Of a stretch of DNA of 64,000 nt, positions 19,703 to 34,351 are shown in pieces. The stretch's first letter is position 1, and each line of letters starts with the position of its first letter. Source of the DNA: Candidatus Poriferihabitaceae bacterium. Lineage in GTDB: Bacteria; Pseudomonadota; Gammaproteobacteria; Arenicellales; Poriferihabitantaceae. Both the position numbers and the translations under genes were made by a program. Below the pieces are notes generated by a model. The model was not told the origin of the DNA. It did no database searches and worked only from the letters and a program-made list of their open reading frames with translations. The stretch spans positions 3,398,487-3,462,486 of the forward strand of contig OZ241878.1 in NCBI GenBank assembly GCA_965203365.1. Direction: 5' to 3'.

Positions 19703-20743
19703 ATGATCAATGCGAATCGTGCGCGAGGGCTAATGGTCGGCCTCGCGGTGGGAAACCTGCTGGGTGTCCCCATGGAGAGTCGTTCCCGGCAAACCATCGC
19801 CCAGACCTATCCGGCGGGCGTGCAGGACATCATGGCGAAATTCGGATATCCCGATGATGACGACTTGGCCCAAGCGATAGAAATTGCCGATGCGGCGAGT
19901 GCGCACGACGGCTTGGATATTGATGATTTGGGGCAGCGCTTTTGGACCTGGAGTGAGGTGAGCGGCTTGGGGATTGGCGGGCTGACTTGGGATGTACTGT
20001 CACTCTATGGGGGCCACTCTCCCCAGCGATTGGCCTGCTTCCGGAACCCCGGGGAGGTGCGCAAACCGAGCGGGGTGTCCATCGTTGAAGCGTCGCAGGA
20101 AGCATGGAACGGTGATCGGGCAGGAAACGGCGCACTGATGCGCTGTGCTCCGCTCGCTATCCGGTGGTACGATAATCCCCATCGGTTGGTGCGAGAAAGC
20201 GTTCTCTCGGCTATCCCGACACACTGGGATTGGCGTTGTGGCTGGTCTTGTGCGCTCGCCAATCTGGCAGTTGCGGCTGTGTTGCGTGGCGAGATGCTGT
20301 GCCCGAAGGCCCTGCAACAGACGGCCGAGGACGGCATGGCGGCCTCGCTACCAGCGCTGCAACCCTATGGTTATCGCCCTGACATGCCGTCTTCGGTGTC
20401 GGCAGCAGTGAACCGGGCATCGCAGTCCAATCTGGATGAACTGCGGCTTGATGGCGACAACATGGGGTTTACGCTGCTGTCCCTTCAGGTGGGGTTGATC
20501 TCCTATTGGCGGGCGGAAGACTTCGAGTCGGGTTTGCGACAGGTCATTGAGTTGGGCGGCGATACGGACACCAACGGGGCCATTGTTGGTGCCATACTGG
20601 GGGGGCGGTTCGGCTTGGAGGCAATCCCCGAACGCTGGCGGCGCTCCGTGACCGAAATCCGGACAGGGCGCGTGTCGCTGGAATCCATGGCGGACCGGCT
20701 GGTGGCTGCCGCGCTGCCAGACGATCGGTCTGGGTCCAGTTGA
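19703..20743 (+). CDS. ADP-ribosylglycohydrolase-family protein
   Basis: The GLAVGNLLGVPME N-terminal motif and the GGDTDTNGAIVGAILGG C-terminal metal-binding motif are typical of the ARH/DraG family. The ORF opens at 19643. Confidence 0.8.
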   Translation: MINANRARGLMVGLAVGNLLGVPMESRSRQTIAQTYPAGVQDIMAKFGYPDDDDLAQAIEIADAASAHDGLDIDDLGQRFWTWSEVSGLGIGGLTWDVLSLYGGHSPQRLACFRNPGEVRKPSGVSIVEASQEAWNGDRAGNGALMRCAPLAIRWYDNPHRLVRESVLSAIPTHWDWRCGWSCALANLAVAAVLRGEMLCPKALQQTAEDGMAASLPALQPYGYRPDMPSSVSAAVNRASQSNLDELRLDGDNMGFTLLSLQVGLISYWRAEDFESGLRQVIELGGDTDTNGAIVGAILGGRFGLEAIPERWRRSVTEIRTGRVSLESMADRLVAAALPDDRSGSS

Positions 20744-21069
20744 GAAAATTCCTGGGGCAGGATAAGGTGGTGCGTTCCGGGACGATCCGATTCGCGAACG
20801 GCTGCCATCGAGTCTGGACGGCGGCCATTCGAAGGCCGCGGTGTCGATGCCGGAAAGTGGCGACGGCACTTGCGACAATCCTCGGTCGGAGCACTGATGA
20901 ATGAACCCGTGAAGGCTTTACCCCTGAGTTTCGAAGAGTCTCGTCCGGGCGAGGACGCCTTCATCGACAATCCTTCGGTCTTGGGTTGCGAGCGCGAAAG
21001 CGGAGATTCGCTTTTTTGCGGACAGACCCGGATTGATGGTGACAGTCAGAACAATTCGTACCGCCCCGG

Positions 21070-22164
21070 TCAGGGATAGTGGATGGCACCGGCAATGATG
21101 GGGCGACTGGCACCAGTCACGGAGGGCAAGGTGCTGGGGCACCGATTCAAAGTGCGCAGGGCCATCCATCCGAAAGTCGCCGCCTCGACCCACTGGGGAG
21201 AAAATCCGAGTGAAGTAGTATCGCTCACCGGCCGGTCGCTCAGGTCACGGATCAAGGCTTGTACATGCCGGTTGGCAGCACCCCCCCCACACAGAAAAAT
21301 GCTGTCGACTGCCGCAGGCAACTGATCGACAAGGCTTTTCGCCGTGAGTACGGCGAGGGTGGCTTGGACATCCTGCGGAGCAACCCCATCGCCGGCTTCG
21401 GTCAAGGCCTGTTCGAGCCATGCCCAGGAGAAATACTCCCGGCCAGTGCTTTTGGGTGGGGGCTTGGCAAAATAGGGATCGGCCAGCAACCGCTGCAGCA
21501 AGGAGTCCCAGCAATTACCTTGGGCAGCCCAGGCACCGGACGCATCGTAGGGCACCTTGCGGTGGCGTTGCGTCCACAAGTCCATCAGGCAATTGGCTGG
21601 TCCCGTATCCCATCCGCTGACCGGTCCGGCCTGAGGGGGGGGAAGTAGGGTAATGTTGGCGATCCCCCCCAGATTGACAATGGCCCGATAGGACGAGTCG
21701 CTGGAAAAGACCTCTTGGTGAAAGAACGGGGCGAAGGGGGCCCCCTGTCCTCCGACGGCCAAGTCGGCGCTACGAAAATCCGTTACCGTGGGAATGCCGG
21801 TTCGACAGGCGATGGCGGCGCCACTGCCCAGTTGCCAGGTGAAGGGATGAGGCCTGTCTGGTCGGTGACGGACGGTTTGGCCGTGGCATCCGATGACCGA
21901 GACGGTGCCGTTTTTTACTTGATGAGCCAACTCGCGAGCGATGTCGGCATACTGCTCCGCGAGTTCCACATGGATACGACCCGCTTGCTCAAGCTCATTG
22001 TCGCCGGGTGTCATCAGCCGAACAATACGGTGCTTCAGTTGCTTGGGGAAGGGGCGGGTCGCCGTTTCCCGCAAGACGGGGAGTCCGGTGCGATCAATGT
22101 CCAGCAGCACGGCGTCGATGGCATCCACACTGGTGCCGGACATGATGCCGATCGCGCGGTTCAT
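21070..22164 (-). CDS. anmK: Anhydro-N-acetylmuramic acid kinase
   Basis: It carries GIMSGTSVDAIDAVL near the N-terminus and GGQGAPFAPFFH, and reads as AnmK-like. The start at MNRAIG (22164) avoids overlap with the upstream gene. Confidence 0.9.
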   Translation of the reverse strand: MNRAIGIMSGTSVDAIDAVLLDIDRTGLPVLRETATRPFPKQLKHRIVRLMTPGDNELEQAGRIHVELAEQYADIARELAHQVKNGTVSVIGCHGQTVRHRPDRPHPFTWQLGSGAAIACRTGIPTVTDFRSADLAVGGQGAPFAPFFHQEVFSSDSSYRAIVNLGGIANITLLPPPQAGPVSGWDTGPANCLMDLWTQRHRKVPYDASGAWAAQGNCWDSLLQRLLADPYFAKPPPKSTGREYFSWAWLEQALTEAGDGVAPQDVQATLAVLTAKSLVDQLPAAVDSIFLCGGGAANRHVQALIRDLSDRPVSDTTSLGFSPQWVEAATFGWMALRTLNRCPSTLPSVTGASRPIIAGAIHYP

Positions 22165-22240
22165 CTGGTTTGTCTTGAGAGTTTTGCCGAACAGGGGGTA
22201 GGTGGCATGAACTCGGTCGGCTTTAGCCGGATTGGTCGGA

Positions 22241-24115
22241 TCAGGGGGCCTTGAGCGCGAATTGGACTTGATCGTTCCTGTCAAGCCGGGCCACCCAAAA
22301 GGCTGCTTCCCGGGTAAAATCGTCCATATGTTGCGGGTCAATCGGGGGCGATTTGGGGAGTTCCACCGTCACGGGATTCATGTGGCGACCGTTGACCCGG
22401 AATTCGTAATGAAGATGCGGGCCGGTCGCCCAACCGGTCTGACCCACGTAGCCGATGATGTCGCCCTGCTGCACACGTTTTCCGACCTGGATCCCCTTCT
22501 GGTAACGGTTGAGATGGGCGTACAGGGTCTTGTATTTCGAGCCGTGGCGCAGAATCAATGTCTTGCCATATCCGGTCTTGGTGCCGACAAATTCCACGAC
22601 GCCATCGCTGGTGGCCCGGATGGGGGTATTCATCGGTGCCCCGTAGTCCACTCCATTGTGGGCTCGCCAGGTTTTTGCGATGGGGTGCAGACGGCGCTTG
22701 CTGAAGTTGGAAGTCACTCTGGCGAACTTGATCGGAGAACGCAGGAACGAACTTTGAACCCCTTCCCCAGTGGGCGTATAGTAGGTAGTCTGGCCGTTCT
22801 CGTTGATATGGCGGATCGCCTGAAACTTCCTTTGGCGGGTGGTTAATTCCGTTGCCACGACCTGGCCGTGTCCGACCAGATGGCCGTCGAGGTACCGTTC
22901 TTCATAGATCACCTTGAAGCGATCCCCGGGCTGGATGTCTCGGGTAAAGTCGATTTGCCAGCCCAGGATATTGGCCACAGAGTAGACGATATCCCGGGGG
23001 ATGCCCGCTTTTTGGGCTGCGCTCATCAGGTCGTGGTGGATGGTCGCCCGCGAGAGGCGGTATCGAACCTCCGGCTCTTGTCGGATCACGTCGGCCACAT
23101 AGCCGTTGTCCCGGCGACGCACCAGCAACGTTTCAAACTGGCTCAACTGGAACTTGAGCTTGCCGAGACGCGGTTTAGGGTGACCTTCTTCGGGGGGAAG
23201 ACGGGTGATATGTATTTCCTGCCCGGGATGAATTCTCTCCAGGACGGAAGCCGGCTCCAGTTCGACCAATGCCAGGGCTTCCCGGATGCCGAAGCCGAGG
23301 CGCTGGAGGACACTGGTCAGGGTGTCTTTCCGGCGAATGGTTTCCGTAATCCACTCGCCTTCATTCAGTGCGGACGTCAGCGGGTCGAGCAGGGGCTCCG
23401 GCTCGGGTTCGGAAAGCCGGTCTTTCGGCAGTTGATCCAAAGCCGGCATTGAGCGCTGGCCAGGAACATGGATGAGACCGGCCAACTGTAGTCGGTTGTC
23501 AGGGGCAGCAGTTTGAGCTGAAAGGTCGACAATCCCCGCCGCTTCCGGGGTGCGGGCGACATCGACCGGGGAGGCTTCTTGGGGGCTTCTTTCCGGCGCC
23601 GACACTTCGTGTGACGCGACAGGCGACGAGGACAAACCCGGAGACAGCCTAGCCAGTGGCAATGGCGGATCCGGTACGGCTACCCGGGACTCGGTCGGGG
23701 GGTTGAAAAAGGTCGATACGGTCAGGGGAATGAGGGCGGTCGGCGGCGCTTTGGACGGCTGGTCTGACGACGTGGTCACGGGTTTCGGTGTGGATGCCAC
23801 CGGGATGATGGGATGGGGGGCGGTCGTAAGGGCGGCCAGCCGGGAGCCGGTGGAAATCGGTTGTACCGGCTCCAATGGACTCAGTGAGGGCACGCGATCG
23901 GACACCTGGTCCCCTTGATGGGTGGACGTGGCCTCCGAATTGGTGGCCGATGCAGGCGGACTGTTGACTGCAATCAGCGTGGAAAAGAGAAAGTAAAGAA
24001 TCCCGCCCATCAGGCTCACCGCTACGGCCCAGACCATTTTTCGGGTATGGGGGGCAGGGGGAGGAGACAACTCCTTCAAGTCAAGACGAAGTGACGGTCT
24101 CGGTGGGTTCATCAA
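22241..24115 (-). CDS. Membrane-anchored M23 metallopeptidase (MepM/YebA-like murein endopeptidase) with a long Pro/Ser-rich linker
   Basis: It has an N-terminal TM helix, a low-complexity region and the C-terminal M23 motifs HNGVDYGAP and GWATGPHLHYEF. Confidence 0.85.
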   Translation of the reverse strand: MMNPPRPSLRLDLKELSPPPAPHTRKMVWAVAVSLMGGILYFLFSTLIAVNSPPASATNSEATSTHQGDQVSDRVPSLSPLEPVQPISTGSRLAALTTAPHPIIPVASTPKPVTTSSDQPSKAPPTALIPLTVSTFFNPPTESRVAVPDPPLPLARLSPGLSSSPVASHEVSAPERSPQEASPVDVARTPEAAGIVDLSAQTAAPDNRLQLAGLIHVPGQRSMPALDQLPKDRLSEPEPEPLLDPLTSALNEGEWITETIRRKDTLTSVLQRLGFGIREALALVELEPASVLERIHPGQEIHITRLPPEEGHPKPRLGKLKFQLSQFETLLVRRRDNGYVADVIRQEPEVRYRLSRATIHHDLMSAAQKAGIPRDIVYSVANILGWQIDFTRDIQPGDRFKVIYEERYLDGHLVGHGQVVATELTTRQRKFQAIRHINENGQTTYYTPTGEGVQSSFLRSPIKFARVTSNFSKRRLHPIAKTWRAHNGVDYGAPMNTPIRATSDGVVEFVGTKTGYGKTLILRHGSKYKTLYAHLNRYQKGIQVGKRVQQGDIIGYVGQTGWATGPHLHYEFRVNGRHMNPVTVELPKSPPIDPQHMDDFTREAAFWVARLDRNDQVQFALKAP

Positions 24116-24522
24116 TTTCCGCTATGGACGAATGCAGGTTCCGACTATGATTCCCGGACAAGCCAATACCTCGCATCTGGCATACTTTATGCGACACGGG
24201 TAAACTGTCGTTGACGTGGATGGGAGGGTTGATCCTCCGGCATGGGGCCTCAGTGCCGCGGCACATAACTGGCGAGACGACATGCCCCATCCATCTGGTG
24301 CGGGATTATGGATGCCAGACAACTTTGCCTAATGATTTCTTGTACAGGACACCATTGAGGCCCACTGGTGAGGTTATCCTCAATTGGCAGCCTACTTTAC
24401 CCATTCAAGCGGTTTCGGTCAAAGAATTTGACGACCTTACCGTTACAAAATGGTAATAATTCCGCCCAAACCGCCAGCGTTTGGGGGATTGTATTGATGA
24501 GTTCGTATTGATGAGTTCGCAT

Positions 24523-25734
24523 ATGAGCAAACAACGGGAGTCCATGTTGGAACTGAGCCGAGGGACGGAGGAAATTCTTCTCCAGAAAGAATTCGAGGGC
24601 AAACTGCGCCAGAGCGCCCCACTGGTGGTGAAGGTGGGCTTTGACCCGACGGCACCGGACCTCCACCTTGGCCACACGGTGCTTTTGAACAAGATGAGGC
24701 AGTTCCAGCAGTTGGGACATCAAGTGGTGTTCCTGATTGGTGACTTTACCGGATTAATTGGGGATCCGAGCGGCAAGAGTGCCACCCGACCTTCCCTGTC
24801 AAGGGAACAGGTTCAGGTCAATGCGGAAACCTATAAGAAACAGGTCTTCCGGGTATTGGACCCTGAGTTGACGCATGTCCGCTTCAATTCCGAGTGGATG
24901 GATCATCTCGGGGCGGCAGGAATGATCGGGTTGGCTTCCCGCTATACCGTGGCGAGAATGCTGGAGCGCGAAGATTTCAAACAGCGGTTTGCTGCCCATC
25001 AGTCCATCGCGATTCATGAGTTCCTCTACCCGTTGGCCCAGGGCTATGATTCCGTGGCCTTGAAGGCGGATGTAGAGCTCGGCGGAACAGACCAGAAATT
25101 CAACCTGTTGATTGGGCGGGAGCTGCAAAAGCAGTTCGGCCAAGAGCCGCAGGTGGTGATGACCTTGCCTCTGCTGGAAGGCCTCGATGGCATCAACAAG
25201 ATGTCAAAATCTCTGGACAATTATGTTGGGATTGCCGAACCGCCGAACGAAATGTTCGGCAAGCTGATGTCGGTGTCGGATGAATTGATGTGGCGTTATC
25301 TGGAACTGCTGAGCTTCCGCCCGCTGTCAGAAATCCGGGGGTTGTCCGCCGCCGTGCGACAGGGCAGGAACCCCCGGGATGTCAAGTTCGAGCTGGCCAT
25401 GGAGGTGGTCGGACGGTTCCACAGCTCCCGTCTGGCGGAAGATGCCAAGCGCCAGTTTATCGCGCGCTTTCGCCAAGGTGCGGTACCGGAAGAGCTTCAC
25501 GAAGTCCGTCTGGAGATCGACGCTGGCGGTATCCCGGTGGCCAATATGCTCAAGGACAGTGGCCTGGTGCCCTCGACCTCGGAGGGGATTCGCATGATCC
25601 GACAAGGTGCGGTTCGGATTGATGGCGAGCGGGTTAGTGACGGGTCAGTGACGCTTGGGCCGGGGACCGCCTGTGTGGTACAGGTCGGCAAAAGGCGCTG
25701 GGCAAAGGTCCGGATGGCCACCGCGAGACACTGA
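24523..25734 (+). CDS. tyrS: Tyrosine--tRNA ligase (type 2, TyrZ-like)
   Basis: It has the class I HIGH variant (DLHLGH), KMSKS and a C-terminal S4 domain. It reads as similar throughout to the Pseudomonas TyrZ as I recall it. Confidence 0.9.
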   Translation: MSKQRESMLELSRGTEEILLQKEFEGKLRQSAPLVVKVGFDPTAPDLHLGHTVLLNKMRQFQQLGHQVVFLIGDFTGLIGDPSGKSATRPSLSREQVQVNAETYKKQVFRVLDPELTHVRFNSEWMDHLGAAGMIGLASRYTVARMLEREDFKQRFAAHQSIAIHEFLYPLAQGYDSVALKADVELGGTDQKFNLLIGRELQKQFGQEPQVVMTLPLLEGLDGINKMSKSLDNYVGIAEPPNEMFGKLMSVSDELMWRYLELLSFRPLSEIRGLSAAVRQGRNPRDVKFELAMEVVGRFHSSRLAEDAKRQFIARFRQGAVPEELHEVRLEIDAGGIPVANMLKDSGLVPSTSEGIRMIRQGAVRIDGERVSDGSVTLGPGTACVVQVGKRRWAKVRMATARH

Positions 25735-26004
25735 AATGCCGGTGTGTCGGGAGCAGACCGGGCGGCGGGGTTTGTGACGCCTGCGGTGATGGAACTCGTC
25801 GAGTCGGTCGGGTCGCCACCGGATATCCGCCAGAGGACCGCCCCCACTCCGCGGTTTCCGGGTTGGTGGGGAGTGTCAGACCGCTGGCATGCAACTGCAA
25901 TCACGGGTCTTGGTAGCTGGGCTTGTCGCTACCCTTTATTGAGGCAGCCGAAGCGGTTTCCTGTTGGGGAAGGGTCAAATCATGAAAAAATCGCCGCATT
26001 GTGC

Positions 26005-26032
26005 TTGACGGCCAGTGGCAAATCGGTATAAT
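26005..26032 (+). promoter_or_regulatory. Candidate rRNA operon promoter (sigma70-type)
   Basis: TTGACG, a 16-nt spacer, then TATAAT, followed by a GC-rich discriminator (CCGCGC) and preceded by an A-tract. It lies about 160 nt upstream of the 16S 5' end. Confidence 0.6.
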
Positions 26033-26067
26033 CCGCGCTCCCGGTCGGCGACCTGTCGCTGGCCTTG

Positions 26068-26079
26068 GTTCTTTTATAA
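26068..26079 (+). promoter_or_regulatory. rrn leader boxA-like antitermination element
   Basis: GTTCTTTTATAA is close to the boxA consensus GCTCTTTAACAA. A second copy sits in the 16S-23S spacer. Confidence 0.55.
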
Positions 26080-26195
26080 TCAATCAAGCAGATTGTGTGG
26101 GCGCTTCGATTGGTCGGAAGTCTCTTATTCCAGAAGAAGGAATCGGGTGTTTTGCATCGGATTCCTGCAGGTTTCGTTCTTCGGAACGACAAGCT

Positions 26196-27739
<1,544 letters not shown>

Positions 27740-27877
27740 AATGACTGAAGAGACTGGCAAGTCTGAGGCGCCCACACAATCTGTTTGGTTGAATACTTGA
27801 GTCAGTCCATGGCCGCACCAACGAGCAGCAGGCTGAATTGTGCCCTTCTTGTCGCTGACCAGAAACGGTGAACAGTC

Positions 27878-27954
<77 letters not shown>

Positions 27955-28119
27955 GATTCCCTCCTGCCATGTGATATGGTCAGGTGATCGTCCTGGGTGC
28001 ATTTCGGCAGAGCATCGGGCCCGGATGCATGCGGGCGATGATGGCGCAGGCCGTTGCGAGGCCAGTTCGATGCGTTTGGGTCGTGGAAGTCGTGAAGGTT
28101 GGCCGAACAATCTGGCATC

Positions 28120-28195
28120 GGGGCCATAGCTCAGCTGGGAGAGCGCCTGCCTTGCACGCAGGAGGTCGGCGGTTCGATCCCGCCTGGCTCCACCA
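28120..28195 (+). tRNA. tRNA-Ala (anticodon TGC)
   Basis: The sequence GGGGCCATAGCTCAGCTGGGAGAGCGCCTGCCTTGCACGCAGGAGGTC... includes the G3:U70 identity pair and ends in CCA. Confidence 0.9.
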
Positions 28196-28308
28196 TCCTC
28201 CCACGGGGGGAGTGAGTGACTGACTCCATGCCGACAACAACGAACATCCGGCGGACCGGACAAGGTATCCGGGGGTTGGTTATTGTCGGCAACCGGTTTG
28301 CCGGTTGG

Positions 28309-28320
28309 GTTCTTTTACAA
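28309..28320 (+). promoter_or_regulatory. Spacer boxA-like element preceded by a perfect 7-bp hairpin (CAACCGG TTTG CCGGTTG)
   Basis: GTTCTTTTACAA matches the leader copy at 11 of 12 positions. Confidence 0.5.
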
Positions 28321-28505
28321 TTTGGGTAGTCAAAGGCACATGCAGTGGTCGGGTCATCAAGTGGTGACCGGCTCGACTGCATGACCATGTGGGTCGCCGA
28401 TGTATCAGCGGTGGCTCCATGGACACAAACTCTTTGTAATGAGTGGCGTATGATCCCGGTGGCTGTCGTTTCGTTCAATTGGCGGCAGACTTTTTGGGGT
28501 TATAT

Positions 28506-31431
<2,926 letters not shown>

Positions 31432-31552
31432 ATAACACCCAAGAGGTCTGTCCAGGTCAAGGGACCGGACCAGATCGCGCCACTGGACAAAGAGGCCTTT
31501 GATTCCCCGAATTTGCCGGTGCGGGCGGTGTGCCCGGGCCAGCATCCTGGTT

Positions 31553-31672
31553 TGTCTGGCAGACATAGCGAGTGGGAACCACCTGATCCCATCCCGAACT
31601 CAGAAGTGAAAACACTCAGCGCCGATGATAGTGTGGGGTCTCCCCATGTGAAAGTAGGACACCGCCAGGCAT
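31553..31672 (+). rRNA. rrf: 5S ribosomal RNA
   Basis: The sequence TGTCTGGCAGACATAGCG...CCGAACTCAGAAGTGAAA...GCCAGGCAT is 120 nt long. Confidence 0.93.
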
Positions 31673-31680
31673 TATTTCCC

Positions 31681-31713
31681 AAAAAGCCCCGTTGCCTTCG
31701 CACGGGGCTTTTT
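31681..31713. terminator. Bidirectional intrinsic terminator between rrn (+) and leuA (-)
   Basis: A perfect 12-bp stem, AAAAAGCCCCGT / ACGGGGCTTTTT, with a 9-nt loop. The A-run and T-run allow it to work in both directions. Confidence 0.8.
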
Positions 31714-31765
31714 GCTTGTCTGGAGGGAGCAGGGACGGGGCCGTGTCGAGACGGGCGGCCTCCGG

Positions 31766-33469
31766 TTACGCCACTTCGGACATCACCGGCGGACACGCCA
31801 CCGGACCGGCGAGGTCCACTGGCTGGTTATAGGCCGCCAGGGTCGCCTTGAACATGGCGCCCACCGTGTCCTGGCTGGTCGCGACTCCGATGAATGGGTC
31901 GCCATTGATGTCCATCTCCACATAGGCAATGGCTTCTGCCCGGGTCCCGGCAGACAGGGCGTGTTCGGTGTAATTCAAGATGCGGAGCCGGTGTCCGGAA
32001 TGGGCCTCCAAGGCCTGCACAAAGGCACCGAGAGTTCCGAAGGCCTCGCCACGGATGATCACTTCCCCGCCCGCTGTGCCGAGTACAGCGGTGACCTGAT
32101 CGCCGGATTCCTCCTTGGTCATGGAGAACCTCTTCAGGCCGTAGGGGGTGTCATGGCCCATGTAGACCTGCTGGAACAGGTCCCAGATCTCGTCCGGGGT
32201 CAGTTCGCGTTCGCAGTCCTCCGCCAATGTCTGGACATGCTGGCTGAAGCGGATCTGCAACCACCGGGGCATTTCCACCCCAAAATGGGTCTGCAGCACA
32301 TAGGACACGCCCCCCTTGCCGGATTGACTGTTGATGCGGACCACATCCTGGTAGGTCCGTCCGACATCCCGCGGATCAATGGGCAGGTAGGCGATGTCCC
32401 AAAGGCCGCTGTCCTCCGCCTCCAGACATTTCTTGATGGCATCCTGATGGCTGCCGGAGAAGGCAGTGAACACCAACTCGCCTGCATAAGGGTGACGGGG
32501 GTGCACCGGCAGCCCATTGCATTCCGTGACACACTGGACGATCTCCGGCAGGCGGGACAGGTTGAGTCCCGGGTCCACCCCCTGGCTGTAGAGGTTCATG
32601 GCCATGGTGACGATGTCCATGTTGCCGGTCCGTTCGCCGTTGCCGAGCAAGGTCCCCTCAATCCGATCGGCCCCGGCCAGGGTGGCGAGTTCCGCCGCAG
32701 CGACCGCGCAACCGCGGTCATTGTGGGTATGCAGGCTGATGGTCACATGCGCCCGCGAAGGCAGGTGATCGCAAAAGTACTCCACCTGGTCGGCAAAAAT
32801 GTTCGGTGTGGTTGCCTCGACGGTTGCAGGCAGATTCAGGATCACTCGTTGGCCCCTTTCCGGCTCCCATACCCGACAGACGGCCTCACACACCTCCAAC
32901 GCGAACTCGGGTTCGGTCTGGGAATAGCTTTCGGGAGAATACTGGAAAATCCATTCGGTGTCTGGATACCGCTCGGCATATTCCCTGACCCAGGTCGCTC
33001 CATCCAGCGCGATCTGACGAATCTCGTCCTTCGACATCCGAAAGGCTTTCTCCCGTTGAACCCGGCTGGTGGAGTTATAGACATGCATGATGGCCCGATG
33101 CACCCCTTCCAGGGATTGGTAGGTCTGTTCGATCAGTGGCCGTCTGGCCTGGGTCAGCACCTGGACCGTCACCTCCGGTGGAATCCGTTGTTCCTCAATC
33201 AGTTTGCGGGCGAAGTCGAATTCCACCTGGGCCGCGGCGGGAAAGCCAATCTCGATTTCCCGAAATCCGCAACGCAGCAGCAGTTCCCAGAACCGCATCT
33301 TTTTCGGGATGTTCATGGGGTCGATCAGGGCCTGATTACCGTCCCTCAGGTCCACACTGCACCAGGTCGGTGCTCGGGTCAGCGTCCGGTCCGGCCAGCG
33401 ACGGTCCCGCTTGGCGGGGCCGAACCGTTCGGTAGGATATTTTCGATGGTCAAACATATCGATCCGCAC
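31766..33469 (-). CDS. leuA: 2-isopropylmalate synthase (long, LeuA type found in Pseudomonas/actinobacteria)
   Basis: 567 aa with WCSVDLRDGNQ, HTHNDRG and a C-terminal regulatory domain. Confidence 0.93.
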   Translation of the reverse strand: MRIDMFDHRKYPTERFGPAKRDRRWPDRTLTRAPTWCSVDLRDGNQALIDPMNIPKKMRFWELLLRCGFREIEIGFPAAAQVEFDFARKLIEEQRIPPEVTVQVLTQARRPLIEQTYQSLEGVHRAIMHVYNSTSRVQREKAFRMSKDEIRQIALDGATWVREYAERYPDTEWIFQYSPESYSQTEPEFALEVCEAVCRVWEPERGQRVILNLPATVEATTPNIFADQVEYFCDHLPSRAHVTISLHTHNDRGCAVAAAELATLAGADRIEGTLLGNGERTGNMDIVTMAMNLYSQGVDPGLNLSRLPEIVQCVTECNGLPVHPRHPYAGELVFTAFSGSHQDAIKKCLEAEDSGLWDIAYLPIDPRDVGRTYQDVVRINSQSGKGGVSYVLQTHFGVEMPRWLQIRFSQHVQTLAEDCERELTPDEIWDLFQQVYMGHDTPYGLKRFSMTKEESGDQVTAVLGTAGGEVIIRGEAFGTLGAFVQALEAHSGHRLRILNYTEHALSAGTRAEAIAYVEMDINGDPFIGVATSQDTVGAMFKATLAAYNQPVDLAGPVACPPVMSEVA

Positions 33470-33614
33470 AGCATGTCGTGTTCAAGGTGAGATGGCATTT
33501 TATCGGGTAGTTTCGAGGATTTAACACTTTTTTCGCGATTGATTTGCAGAAAGACGGGTGAATGTGTTGTACTATTTGTCAATTCATAGTGAAAAAGGCT
33601 CATTTTGCTTCAAC

Positions 33615-34082
33615 ATGAATTTGGATGACATCGACCGACAGATCCTGCGCATCCTGCAGCAGGATGCCCGCATCAGCAATCTGGATCTCGCGGCGCGGGT
33701 CCACCTTTCGCCCACGCCGTGTGCCCGGCGGGTGCGACGACTGGAAGAGACCGGGTGCATCCAGGGCTCTGCCGTGATCCTGGACCCCGAAAGACTGGGC
33801 CTGACCCTGACCGCCTACATTGCAGTGACCATGGAGCGCCATACCAATGAGCAGTTCGCGCAGTTTGAAAGCCAGGTGGTGAATTTCCCGGAAGTCGTGG
33901 GCTGCAGTGTGGTGACCGGCCGCTCGGAAGACTATCTGCTCAAGGTGGTGGCCCGGAATATGAAACATTACGAGGAATTCCTGCTTGAGCGGTTGAGTCG
34001 TCTGCCAGGTGTGAGCAATCTGCATTCCAGTTTCGAGTTGCGGAACGTGATTCCCAACAAGGGATTGCCCGTCGGTTTGTAG
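33615..34082 (+). CDS. lrp: Lrp/AsnC-family transcriptional regulator
   Basis: 155 aa from MNLDDIDRQILRILQQDARIS, with an HTH plus a RAM domain. It is divergent from leuA. Confidence 0.85.
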   Translation: MNLDDIDRQILRILQQDARISNLDLAARVHLSPTPCARRVRRLEETGCIQGSAVILDPERLGLTLTAYIAVTMERHTNEQFAQFESQVVNFPEVVGCSVVTGRSEDYLLKVVARNMKHYEEFLLERLSRLPGVSNLHSSFELRNVIPNKGLPVGL

Positions 34083-34351
34083 GTGCGTTGGATGGCGGCA
34101 CCGCCGGTCAGAATGTCTGATCACCATTTCGTCGGGCGGTGAGGTCTGAACGGCTCTTTTGGCGAGATTGATTCACCGCCGCCAGAAATCAGTCGATGTG
34201 CCTTCTGACGGCAACCTCGGAGAGGGGAGGGATTGGCAACACCCGCCGCATCATCTGCGATGCCGAGCCCATCCCCATAGGCTGCTGGTCGTGCATCGGC
34301 CGTCACCTCCCAGATCCCACCCTTGGACGAGGAGTCAAGGCGCCGGCCGCT

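Noticed and set aside
26075-26080. A perfect TATAAT in the rrn leader that could be read as a second (P2) promoter -10 box.
   Set aside because: It has no acceptable -35 at 16-18 nt (CCTGTC/CTGTCG). It also falls inside a boxA-like antitermination element (GTTCTTTTATAA), which recurs in the 16S-23S spacer at 28309-28320.
31712-33490. A 592-aa plus-strand ORF covering the leuA region.
   Set aside because: The minus-strand frame gives an unmistakable 2-isopropylmalate synthase (LRDGNQ, HTHNDRG). The plus-strand product has no recognisable motif and the biased composition of an antisense GC-rich frame.
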